From NCBI GenBank assembly GCA_002269645.1, contig NIVC01001041.1, forward strand, positions 28,521 to 64,165: a stretch of DNA of 35,645 bases. Reading direction: 5' to 3'. Shown here piece by piece: positions 22,101-34,503 of this stretch. Numbering within the stretch: position 1 is the first letter of the stretch; every line of letters starts with the position of its first letter. Source of the DNA: Macrostomum lignano (taxonomy: Eukaryota). The position numbers and the translations under genes are program-made. The notes under the pieces were generated by a model. It was given only the letters and a program-made list of their open reading frames with translations. It was not told where the DNA came from and searched no databases.

Positions 22101-24783
22101 CCAATGTGAGCCTGGAGCGAAGGGGACCAAAGCTAAGAAGTAGGCCCCAACGCTGCGGACGCTGCCTTTGTCTAAGGCACCCAACGTAGCTCGGCTCACA
22201 CAACCATCAGCAGCAGCATCAACGATGATGCACGACGGCCGGGTCCGATCCAGCCGTGTTCACATGGAACTGGCGTACAGGCGTTCATTTTTTCACTCAA
22301 GTAGTTGCTATTGCGTAGTTCTCTAACCTTCTTGCTATTGTGCAGGTTTCGAATAAAGCGACTGAGCACAAATATGAGCGCGGAAAAGAAGAGAAACTTT
22401 CAACTTGCGCCCGAACAATGGAGCCATTGCAGTTATAAGACTTGGTCTGCACATACTGAAAGTAAAAGGAGGTGCAGCGATCACCGCCCATTCCGACCCA
22501 CGAAAAACCGCCTATACATGCTGGTTGCCTGACTTTCCGGAGTCTGGACAAGCATTTCTTAGAAAACACCAGTTTTTCCAACCAAGAGGACATGAGCGGC
22601 AAAAGACAAGAGCTGGAGGATGACATGCGGCAGAGGCTGAGTTGCAGTGAAATGTATCGATTACTGTATTCATTAGTTTAAATTAAATTGTAAAATATTG
22701 AATTATGTAGACACATCGGTGCACATGCAGGCGATGTCAATTTCAACCGCTGTCTGGTTGCCTCGTCAGACGGAGTCCACGATGAAAACTCTGGACTGCG
22801 ATGTCTGCGAGGCAGTCATACAGTGTGAGAGAGCGGACTAGACAGCATCACGCAGGGCTAGTAGGGTGCTGGCGTCAACAGAACCGGATGTTTGAGACGT
22901 TGTGGCTCGGCTATAGGAATCAGCCTTGTCATGTGACACAGCAAACGACCTGTTGACTTGATCCCAGGTGCTGTCCGCTAAAATTAAGGCAAAAAGGCCT
23001 ACCAAATCCAGCCATGTGCACCGACTGATGGCATTAAAATTGCTCTATTCAGAAAAATTCAGTAAATAAACAAAAAAGAGTAAAGTTGAAAACTGTTTGC
23101 TTAATTAAAGTTGCTTGCTAGTGTTAGATAGTCACCTTAGAAGGCGAAGCATGCCAGCTCTTAGGGGAGTCAAGCATGCTGGTCAAGCGTAAGACAATGG
23201 TTACCCCTTTGAGAGTACCCCCGCAGGCGTCAGCAACCCGACACCACGGCTCTTGGGGGCGGAATCCGTTCGCCCTTGGGAAAAGCCACCTCGAGGTGAG
23301 GAGGCGGCAGACGGAGCAGCACTGCGGCGACCACGGAACGCCACTCTGCTATCTGAATGTTGGAACTCACTCGAGTTCGCGTCACGGCAGCGGCAGGAAG
23401 GTGGGTGCGACCCCCTTGTTGGCTGCAACTTTTGTGTCCGCTAGTGACAGACGGCTGGAGGAGAGACCGAGGGGCCGTAGGCGGCACAGGCATCCGGTAC
23501 CCCGGTAGGAGGGACCAGTGCGCGGGCCTGAGGAGTGAGCCGCCCTGTTTTGGGTGCAGTCTGTTGGGATGGCAAACCCGGCTGACTGGAGGTGAGGCAC
23601 TGGTGTGCAGGGACCGATGCAGTTGTTGCTCACTTTTCCCGCTCAAATAGTTTTGCTCAGCTCTGGGCAGGCACGCGGTCACCAAGTTTGGAGCTCGGTT
23701 GAGTAGATAAGCAGGCACGGAGTGCAGCGAGGACCAATAAGCCCTGCTGAAAATGGAGCAAGCAGCAGAGTTTAAAATATTTTCTACTGTACCATTGCTT
23801 ATCACTGCAACCAGCCGGAACCGCATTATCGCACCTCCAGCCATGGCTCAGCCTACTTGATACCTGCTGAATTTGCTTACCTGTGGGCCCACGCATCTTG
23901 TGAAGACTACTGATGTGCCCTGGAAACTACTGATTTCCCATGAATCTGTGACCCAGCAGAAGTCCAAAAAGCAATCCTTGAAATCCTATCGCATTGTCCG
24001 CATAGTGTACAGGTATGCTGATTAGTACAGTGATTTTAGTTGATATTGGTTCAGCTCCATTAAAAACCAACCCATTGTACCAGAGTGCCTAAGAAGTTGG
24101 CCTTCATGGCTGGGCTGGGAATCACCTCAGGCCAATCGCACAGAATCGAACCACAGTACATGTATAAATTTTTCGCAAGAGGCAGCTGCTCAGCCCCTCA
24201 ATTGCAGTCTCGGGCTTCATCAGTTGTTTATTATTAAAGTGCAGCCGAGCTCTGGCAGCCCATCTCAATTCTGTCCAGCTCTCGGCCGCAGCAACTCACT
24301 GCATTTTGCACTCCTGCCACCTGCAGCCAGCAGCAACAGACAGGCTTTGAGCCGCACTGAATGGCCTGAGAGCCATCAAATTCTGAGATTCGAGCATGGC
24401 AACAATGCCTTATTTATGACAAAACGCAGTCTTGAGTCGTAGAGAGCGGGTGGTTAGAGAGGCCAGCTCGACCTCAAGCAGTAATTAACTCTGCTCGCTC
24501 GCTATTCTCAGGCCAGCGCACCGCTCTGCCAGCCTCCCTGCAGTTTGGCAGACTCTGGGGGGCAACCTGATCTGTTTTGAGCAGTGAGCTGGGTGGAGTT
24601 GCGTTGTAGCTGGACTTGTTTGTCTCAGGCAGGGGTTGCGGGGGGGGGGTTGGGTGGTTCGGGAGGCCAGTATGGGGGGATTGCGAACTCGAGCAGTTTT
24701 CTCTTTGCCGGCCGCTTTTATCACGCCAGACTGTCGCACTGCGAGTGCTGAGCTGGGTGGGGCCGCTAACGATGAAGGTTGAA

Positions 24784-25003
24784 GATTTAATTAGCGATGA
24801 AGCTGCCGAGATGAGCAGCGCAAACCTGAGCTGTCTGAGGCTGCAGTGGCGGCTGCTCCCGAATGAGTTGCAGCCCCAGCCTCGCACAATGGAGACTCTG
24901 CATTGTGCTTGAGCACCCTGCCTGCCCCCCCCCCACTGTCTGGGCTGGCGGCCAGCTGCACTTTTAGCTTTTTTAGCTTTCTCAAAACAGGAGAAAACAA
25001 GCG
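24784..25003. repeat. Dispersed ~240-bp repeat, copy 2
   Basis: Homologous to 20531-20770, with a 12-bp insertion and an internal deletion. Confidence 0.88.
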
Positions 25004-25015
25004 TTTTTTGGGTTT

Positions 25016-25236
25016 GAGCTGGGATCTGATGGAGAATAGAGAAGGTGAGCTGGGATCTGATGGAGAATAGAGAAGCTGAGCTGGGATCTGATGGAGAATA
25101 GAGAAACTGAGCTGGGATCTGATGGAGAATAGAGAAGCTGGCGAGAGGGGGAGGATGAGAGGGGGATGGGTGAGAGGGGGATGGGTGAGAGGGGGATGGG
25201 TGAGAGGGGGATAGGTGAGAGGGGGATGGGTGGGAG
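25016..25236. repeat. 31-bp repeat GAGCTGGGATCTGATGGAGAATAGAGAAGCT (4 units) followed by 15-bp GAGAGGGGGATGGGT repeat
   Basis: Direct reading. Confidence 0.9.
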
Positions 25237-25288
25237 GGGTGTGTAAAAGGGAGATGGTTGGAGAAACACAATAGAGACAATCAGATGG

Positions 25289-27798
25289 TTATGGCACATG
25301 AGCAATGGCTGTGTGCATGAGATATGTGTCATGGCACATGAGCAATGGCTGTGTGCATGAGATAATGGCACATGAGCAATGGGTGTGCATGAGAAACATG
25401 AGCAAATGAGAGTCATGGCACATGAGCAATGGCTGTGTGCATGAGGTCATGGCACATGAGCAATGGCTGTGTGCATGAGATATGTCATGGCACATGAGCA
25501 ATGGCTGTGTGCATGAGATATGGCACATGAGCAATGGCTGTGTGCATGAGTGTCATGCACATGAGCAATGGCTGTGTGCATGAGATATTAGTCATGGCAC
25601 ATGAGCAATGGCTGTGTGCATGAGATATGGGTCATGGCACATGAGCAATGGCTGTGTGCATGAGATATGGGTCATAGCACATGAGCAATGGCTGTGTGCA
25701 TGAGATATGGGTCATGGCACATGAGCAATGGCTGTGTGCATGAGATATGGGTCATGGCACATGAGCAATGGCTGTGTGCATGAGATATGGGTCATAGCAC
25801 ATGAGCAATGGCTGTGTGCATGAGATATGGGTCATGGCACATGAGCAATGGCTGTGTGCATGAGATATGGGTCATGGCACATGAGCAATGGCTGTGTGCA
25901 TGAGATATGGTCATGGCACATGAGCAATGGCTGTGTGCATGAGATATGGTCATGGCACATGAGCAATGGCTGTGTGCATGAGATATGGGTCATGGCACAT
26001 GAGCAATGGCTGTGTGCATGAGATATGGGTCATGGCACATGAGCAATGGCTGTGTGCATGAGATATGGGTCATGGCACATGAGCAATGGCTGTGTGCATG
26101 AGATATGGGTCATGGCACATGAGCAATGGCTGTGTGCATGAGATATTAGTCATGGCACATGAGCAATGGCTGTGTGCATGAGATATGGGTCATGGCACAT
26201 GAGCAATGGCTGTGTGCATGAGATATGGTGTCATGGCACATGAGCAATGGCTGTGTGCATGAGATATGTGTCATTGCACATGAGCAATGGCTGTGTGCAT
26301 GAGATATGGGTCATGGCACATGAGCAATGGCTGTGTGCATGAGATATGGTCATGGCACATGAGCAATGGCTGTGTGCATGAGATATGTGTCATGGCACAT
26401 GAGCAATGGCTGTGTGCATGAGATATAGTCATGGCACATGAGCAATGGCTGTGTGCATGAGATATGGGTCATGCACATGAGCAATGGCTGTGTGCATGAG
26501 ATATGGGTCATGGCACATGAGCAATGGCTGTGTGCATGAGATATGGGTCATGGCACATGAGCAATGGCTGTGTGCATGAGATATGGTCATGGCACATGAG
26601 CAATGGCTGTGTGCATGAGATATGTGTCATTGCACATGAGCAATGGCTGTGTGCATGAGATATGGGTCATTGCACATGAGCAATGGCTGTGTGCATGAGA
26701 TATGTGTCATGCACATGAGCAATGGCTGTGTGCATGAGATATGGGTCATGGCACATGAGCAATGGCTGTGTGCATGAGATATGTGTCATTGCACATGAGC
26801 AATGGCTGTGTGCATGAGATATGGGTCATTGCACATGAGCAATGGCTGTGTGCATGAGATATGGGTCATTGCACATGAGCAATGGCTGTGTGCATGAGAT
26901 ATGGGTCATTGCACATGAGCAATGGCTGTGTGCATGAGATATGGGTCATTGCACATGAGCAATGGCTGTGTGCATGAGATATGGGTCATTGCACATGAGC
27001 AATGGCTGTGTGCATGAGATATGGGTCATTGCACATGAGCAATGGCTGTGTGCATGAGATATGTGTCATTGCACATGAGCAATGGCTGTGTGCATGAGAT
27101 ATGGGTCATTGCACATGAGCAATGGCTGTGTGCATGAGATATGTGTCATTGCACATGAGCAATGGCTGTGTGCATGAGATATGGGTCATTGCACATGAGC
27201 AATGGCTGTGTGCATGAGATATGGGTCATTGCACATGAGCAATGGCTGTGTGCATGAGATATGGGTCATTGCACATGAGCAATGGCTGTGTGCATGAGAT
27301 ATGGGTCATTGCACATGAGCAATGGCTGTGTGCATGAGATATGTGTCATTGCACATGAGCAATGGCTGTGTGCATGAGATATGGTCATTGCACATGAGCA
27401 ATGGCTGTGTGCATGAGATATGGGTCATTGCACATGAGAAATGACTGTGTGCATGAGATATGGGTCATGGCACATGAGCAATGGCTGTGTGCATGAGATA
27501 TGTGTCATTGCACATGAGCAATGGCTGTGTGCATGAGATATGGGTCATTGCACATGAGCAATGGCTGTGTGCATGAGATATGGGTCATGGCACATGAGCA
27601 ATGGCTGTGTGCATGAGATATGGTCATTGCACATGAGCAATGGCTGTGTGCATGAGATATGTGTCATTGCACATGAGCAATGGCTGTGTGCATGAGATAT
27701 GGGTCATTGCACATGAGCAATGGCTGTGTGCATGAGATATGGGTCATTGCACATGAGAAATGACTGTGTGCATGAGATATTAGTCATGGCACATGAGC
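25289..27798. repeat. 40-bp minisatellite GTCATGGCACATGAGCAATGGCTGTGTGCATGAGATATGG, ~60 units
   Basis: Direct reading. Confidence 0.98.
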
Positions 27799-28175
27799 AC
27801 GAATCTGAGATTCCAAACCACGAACAAAATAGCAAAGACAAACACCAGCCGAGAACTTTATGCTCAAATGCACATACTTTACATGTGCTGCTCTGCATTG
27901 TCATCCATTAGTGATCTGACAGAAACATTGAAACAGCAATACTTTTATTTGAGCAATGCAGATGAAAAACTAGATTATTAATGCTGAACTGCTGAGCCAG
28001 TCTGTTGCACCGGATAAATAATGCACATGTAACTGCACTGGCTGTGTGAGCAGTCAGCTACCTGAGGGATGGCTGTGTGAGTCAGCACCAACCACACGCG
28101 CCTGTGATGGACTGTTTCTCATTTTCTAAGGTAGTCCAACGTTTTCGAAATAATAAATCAGTATTCAATTTTCAC

Positions 28176-28886
28176 TTTTATCGCCACTAAAAATCTGCGC
28201 ATCGGCAACAAAATCTGATTGGCTGTTGCTTTTGGACTTCTTGGAGGCAAAAATATAAAGAAGTGTGGAACATCAGTGGGCCAAAGCGAGGGTGGATTGC
28301 TGAATTCTGTCAGTTGATATGCGTGCTCATGTAGCTGGCGAAGAGAGCCCTGTGAGCAGGACTGCTCAAGCTCGCAGCTAAACAAAACTCGAGCTGAGCG
28401 AGCATTTGTTATAAAATGCAATCAGCTGCTTGAGAAGCCAGTTTTTTTACAAGCCAAATGCGGACAATGAAATCGATGGAGAGGCGGACTCGAATGTGCA
28501 ATAAAATTGAATTCTTACAGGTGCGCAACAAAACACAAGCTGACCCACCCCCGAGAGCCGAGGCACGACTCACGGCAGTGTAAGAGTTTTGTCATTCGCT
28601 TTTGAGTAAAAAACTCCAGCATAGCGAATCTTCAGGTGCCAACGAGTTTCTGGAAAAATTCCATGCAGCCTTCTTCTCTTTAACAACAAATGGTATTCTT
28701 ATGAGTACTATGAGTAGCGTATTGTAAGCGATATTGTTTGCGGAGATTTAAAACTATTTTTTAACTGAACGACTATATATCCACGAGGGCCAAGAAGTGA
28801 TGCAAGTTATGAAGTGATGAAGTGATTAGATTGATGGCAGCTGTTTGTTCGCGATTTTGAAGGTATTTTGGAAGGTATTTTGCCAG
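28176..28886. mobile_element. Dispersed repeat head, copy B (longer 5' part than copy A)
   Basis: 5' part resembles 18633 onward and 3' part resembles 545-885. Confidence 0.5.
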
Positions 28887-30075
28887 CCCTGCCTCTCACC
28901 CTACATCTCAGCCTGTCTCTCTCCCTGCCCCTCACCCTACATCCCAGCCTGTCTCTCTCCCTGCCCCTCACCCTACATCCCAGCCTTTCTCTCTCCCTGC
29001 CCCTCACCCTACATCCCAGCCTTTCTCTCTCCCTGCTCCTCACCCTACATCCCAGCCTGTCTCTCTCCCTGCCCCTCACCCTACATCCCAGCCTGTCTCT
29101 CTCCCTGCCCCTCACCCTACATCCCAGCCTGTCTCTCTCCCTGCCCTCACCCTACATCCCAGCCTGTCTCTCTCCCTGCCCCTCACCCTACATCCCAGCC
29201 TGTCTCTCTCCCTGCCCCTCACCCTACATCCCAGCCTGTCTCTCTCCTTGCTTCTCACCCTACATCCCAGCCTTTCTCTCTCCCTGCCCCTCACCCTACA
29301 TCCCAGCCTTTCTCTCTCCCTGCCCCTCACCCTACATCCCAGCCTGTCTCTCTCCCTGCCCCTCACCCTACATCCCAGCTTCTCCCTGCCCCTCACCCTA
29401 CATCCCAGCCTTTCTCCCTCCCTGCTTCTCACCCTACATCCCAGCCTATCTCTTCTTGTCCCTCACCCTACATCCCAGCCTGTCTCTCTCCCTGCCCCTC
29501 ACCCTACATCCCAGCCTGTCTCTCTCCCTGCCCCTCACCCTACATCCCAGCCTGTCTCTCTCCCTGCCCCTCACCCTACATCCCAGCCTGTCTCCCTCCC
29601 TGCTTCTCACCCTACATCCCAGCCTTTCTCTCTCCCTGCCCCTCACCCTACATCCCAGCCTTTCTCTCTCCCTGCCCCTCACCCTACATCCCAGCCTGTC
29701 TCTCTCCCTGCCCCTCACCCTACATCCCAGCCTGTCTCTCTCCCTGCCCCTCACCCTACATCCCAGCCTGTCTCTCTCCCTGCCCCTCACCCTACATCCC
29801 AGCCTGTCTCTCTCCCTGCCCCTCACCCTACATCCCAGCCTGTCTCTCTCCCTGCCCCTCACCCTACATCCCAGCCTGTCTCTCTCCCTGCCCCTCACCC
29901 TACATCCCAGCCTTTCTCTCTCCGTGCCCCTCACCCTACATCCCAGCCTGTCTCTCTCCCTGCCCCTCACCCTACATCCCAGCCTTTCTCTCCCTGCCCC
30001 TCACCCTACATCCGAGCCTGTCTCTCCCTGCCCCTCACCCTACATCCCAGCCTGTCTCTCCCTGCCCCTCTCCCT
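28887..30075. repeat. 36-bp minisatellite, ~33 units (duplicate of 886-1844)
   Basis: Direct reading. Shares terminal variant units (CCGTGCCCC, TCCGAGCC) with array 1. Confidence 0.97.
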
Positions 30076-30598
30076 AATTCTAAACGCCCAATATGAGTGG
30101 GAGGCTCGCATCTGAAAACACGAAGTGCCGAATATCAAAGGCAGTAAATTTTTGCTGAGAGCACAAGCGCAATGCAAAGCAGTGAATTGTTTGAGCGGGG
30201 CAGGGTTAGCGCTCACGCATCTTGTCTCTGTGCCGCTTTTAGGCAGCCATCAACCCCCCCCCCTCCTAAAAAAGCATTTGCAGCGAGTCTTCTTTTGACA
30301 CGCGTTCGCAGGCTGCCGGCTCGGCCCTTAAACCTCAGCTTCGCCATTGTCCTCTAGGCATTGAGCTCGGCTGGTCTGGAGCTGCTTGGATGGCTAGGGT
30401 CGGGGCGAGTAGAAGCAGGGTCAGTCTGTTGCACCGGATAAATAAATCCAAAGATTATCAAAGGTGGATTACAAAATGCACACCTGAACTGTGTATAAAG
30501 ATTAGCAAAATAAACCGTGAGTACAAAATGCAAAATTATTAATAAATTTATAAATAAACTGCATTTGAGCACAAAGCGCCATTGATGAGGTGCCACAG

Positions 30599-31034
30599 CA
30601 GGGTGAAGTGAAGGCAGCAAAGTCAGACACAAATTCATGCAGACTGCAGTCAAGCGAGCCATATTCAGTACTTGCAGTAGCACAGCAGGGTGAAGTGAAG
30701 GCAGCAAAGTCAGACACAAATTCATGCAGACTGCAGTCAAGCGAGCCATATTCAGTACTTGCAGTAGCACAGCTGGGTAAAGTGAAGGCAGCAAAGTCAG
30801 ACACAAATTCATGCAGACTGCAGTCAAGCGAGCCATATTCAGTACTTGCAGTAGCACAGCAGGGTGAAGTGAAGGCAGCAAAGTCAGACACAAATTCATG
30901 CAGATTGCAGTCAAGCGAGCCATATTCAGTACTTGCAGTAGCACAGCTGGGTGAAGTGAAGGCAGCAAAGTCAGACACAAATTCATGCAGATTGCAGTCA
31001 AGCGAGCCATATTCAGTACTTGCAGTAGCACAGC
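30599..31034. repeat. 87-bp tandem repeat, 5 units (duplicate of 2369-2715)
   Basis: Direct reading. Confidence 0.95.
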
Positions 31035-34000
31035 TGGCTGCACCGAGCTTTTCAATATCCAGGAACCGTTAAGAGTTCTGTGGCTTTTTTCGATAGTCCG
31101 ACGCTGTACCACTGTGCTACAACAGTATGCACACTGTGGGCATTTTGAGATGGCCAGCCAGCCCTGGGCCTTGAACCTCAAATTAATGTAACGGCACGCC
31201 GAATCCAAACACAGGTATTTTAAAGTCTACCATAACTTCAAACCCGCAGGCAGTCATGTACCGGCAACCAATACCATCAACGGTCCCTGCCTGAGCTGCT
31301 CCCACGGCTGGGGCCGCTGTTTCGGCCGCGCCATCTGCTGTCACCCCCACGGCGGATATCGCGTCGGCTTCGGCCCGGACACCGCCGCGTGTCGCCGTCT
31401 GCCAGCGAAAGTCCTTGGCTGCGGTCGCGTCGCCACCGTCTGTCTGGGAGGCAAGGGTCGCTGCGCTTCCAGAGGCATCTGCTGCACTGCTGGTAAGAAG
31501 CTGTTCCTTCTCTACCAAATAGAAAGTTTCAAATAAAATATTTCACAATCCAGATATCTTTACTGACATTTTTTTCTATTTTAGATTCTTGCGAAACAAT
31601 CAACGAGTGCAAAGACGTCAAGTTTGAAGTCAAGCGTTGATGCGAGACTTTCCAAATGTTTGACATAATATCTACATGCTAAAAAACATTAACTATTTTC
31701 GCGTAAGCTTGCTTTAATTCCCCAATTAGCCCATACAAAATAATAGCTTCTCTATGCGGATGTTAGCGGATATTGTGTTACATGAAATATTTACCCAATC
31801 AAATATACCACAGTAGCCCGTAGTCAAGCTACTAGGACACCCTGGCTGTATAGTTTAAAGTCTCAGCAGTCCTCTAAACCAAGCAATTAAAAAATAGCAA
31901 TTTTAATGGATCATTTCTTTGATCAGGTAATTTTTTCAAAGCATCAATCCAAGGAAATTGAATCCAACTTTCAAATTCGTGCACAAATTGTGCGTGTCGT
32001 GGAAATTAAATTTCACTAAATTTAAATCAGAAAATCAAGTATCATGACTGTCAAGTGACGAATTAATTATTGATTAGTTAAGTGGCGCGATATTTTTCGT
32101 CGACTGGGCACTAACGCGCGGTCTCTCCAGTGGCCAGTCACCCGTTAGATACTGATGTCACCTGTTAGATACTGGTGTCACCTTTTAGATACTGGTGTCT
32201 TCTGTTAGATACTGGTGTCACCCGTTAGATACCGATGTCACCCGTTAGATACCGATGTCACCCGTTAGATACCGATGTCACCCGTTAGATACCGATGTCA
32301 CCTGTTAGATACCGATGTCACCCGTTAGATACTGATGTCACTTGTTAGATACTATACTAGATCCTATATTATTACTATATTAGATGTAGTAACTCACACG
32401 GACTCCACTGGTTAAGTAAGTAAGAACTTCTTGAGAAAACTTGAGCGACTGCTAGTTAGCGCACGCGCATATATATTTAATAAGCAAGACGTACATTAGT
32501 ACACGATACACGTACACGCGAGGACGAGCAATCAATGAGGTGTATTTACGAGCTACTTAAGCAATAATCAACGTGCCCACGCAACCCTACACCCCAAGCA
32601 ACCTCAGATCAGTCCAGTGGCACTTTGCCACAGATGTCACCTGTTAGATACTGGTGTAACCTGTTAGATACTGGTGTAACCTGTTAGATACTGGTGTAAC
32701 CTGTTAGATATTGGTGTCAAATGTTAGATACCGAGGTCACCTGTTAGATACTGATGTCACCTGTTAGATACTGACTAGCAATCTTCGCCCCCCGATGGGG
32801 GGCATCTAGATAGAATCTCTAGCTCTCTACAAGTATCAAAAAGACGGCCAAATAAAGCCTTCACATAGACAATAGAAAAACTGCTCAAATGAAGTGCAAT
32901 GCAAAAAGAAAACATCCCAGGACAGCAAGCAACCCCCAGATAGCAAGCACCCCCAGATAGCAAGCATCTCCAGATAGCAGGCACCCCAGATAGCAAGCAT
33001 CCACCTAATAGCAAGCACCCCCAGATAGCAAGCACTCCAAGATAGCAGGCACCCCAGATAGCAAGCATCCACCTAATAGCAAGCACCCCCAGATAGCTAG
33101 AACCCCTTACGAGCTACTTAAGCAATAATCAACGTGCCCACGCAACCCTACACCCCAAGCAACCTCAGATCAGTCCAGTGGCACTTTGCCACAGATGTCA
33201 CCTGTTAGATACTGGTGTAACCTGTTAGATACTGGTGTAACCTGTTAGATATTGGTGTCACCTGTTAGATACCCAGGTCACCTGTTAGATACTGATGTCA
33301 CCTGTTAGATATTGATGTCACGTGTTAGATATTGATGTCACCTGTGAGATACTGATGTCACTTGTTAGATACTGATGTCACCTGTTAGATACTGATGTCA
33401 CCTGTTAGATACTGACTAGCAATCTTCGCCCCCCGATGGGGGGCATCTAGATAGAATCTCTAGCTCTCTACAAGTATCAAAAAGACGGCCAAATAAAGCC
33501 TTCACATAGACAATAGAAAAACTGCTCAAATGAAGTGTAATGCAAAAAGAAAACATCCCAGGACAGCAAGCAACCCCCCAGATAGCAAGCACCCCCAGAT
33601 AGCAAGCATCTCCAGATAGCAGGCACCCCAGATAGCAAGCATCCACCTAATAGCAAGCACCCCCAGATAGCAAGCACCCCCAGATAGCAAGCATCCCCCC
33701 CAGATAGCAAGCACCCCAGATAGCAGCATCTCCAGATAGCAAGCACTCCAAGATAGCAGGCACCCCAGATAGCAAGCATCCACCTAATAGCAAGCACCCC
33801 AGATAGCAAGCACTCCAAGATAGTAGGCACCCCATTTATGTTTGACATGGTAGCTGTTTTGTGTTTGACATGGTGGCTCTTTAATGTTTGACCTGGTGGC
33901 ATCTTAATGTCTGTAATGATGGCTCTTTAATGTTCGACATGGTGCTCTTTTATGTTCGACATGGTGGCTCTTTAATGTTTGACATGGTGGCTCTTTTATG

Positions 34001-34432
34001 TTTGACATGGTGGCTTTTTAATGTTTGACCTGGTGGCATCTTAATGTCTGCAATGATGGCTCTTTAATGTCTGACATGGAGTCACTTATACGCTTGACAT
34101 GGTGACTCGTTGATGTTTGACATAGTGGCTCTTTTATGTTCGACATGGTGGCTCTTTAATGTTTGACCTGGTGGCACCTTAATGTCTGTAATGATGGCTT
34201 CTTAATGTTCACCATGGTGGCTCTTTAATGTTCGACATGATGGCTCTTTAATGTTCGACATGGTGGCTCTTTAATGTTTGACATGGTGGCTCTTTAATGT
34301 TAGACATGGAGTCACATATATGTTTGACATGGTGGCCTTTAATGTTTGAAATGGTGCCACTTTTGTTTGACATTGTGCTTCTTTTATGCTTAGCATTTTG
34401 TTTTTAAGATGTTTTAATAAAAAAATTATTTT

Positions 34433-34503
34433 GCACTACTTAGATTCGAACCCAGGTCGCTGAATTAGCAGTCCAGTCTGTTCGCATCTATGCTATCTCT
34501 TGT
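34433..34503 (-). pseudogene. tRNA-derived element, duplicate of 6140-6210
   Basis: Identical sequence within the duplicated segment. Confidence 0.6.

Noticed and set aside
22340-22680. Short overlapping ORFs after an acceptor-like site (TTGTGCAG)
   Set aside because: No frame stays open through a donor, and no domain is recognised.
23150-23900. GC-rich stretch vaguely reminiscent of a non-LTR retrotransposon 5' region
   Set aside because: No endonuclease or reverse transcriptase motifs and no long ORF seen. A Dfam/Repbase search is needed to support it.
13284-27798. CRISPR-like arrays of 25-40-bp repeats
   Set aside because: Units are head-to-tail with no unique spacers, no cas genes are present, and the context is an intron-containing eukaryotic genome.
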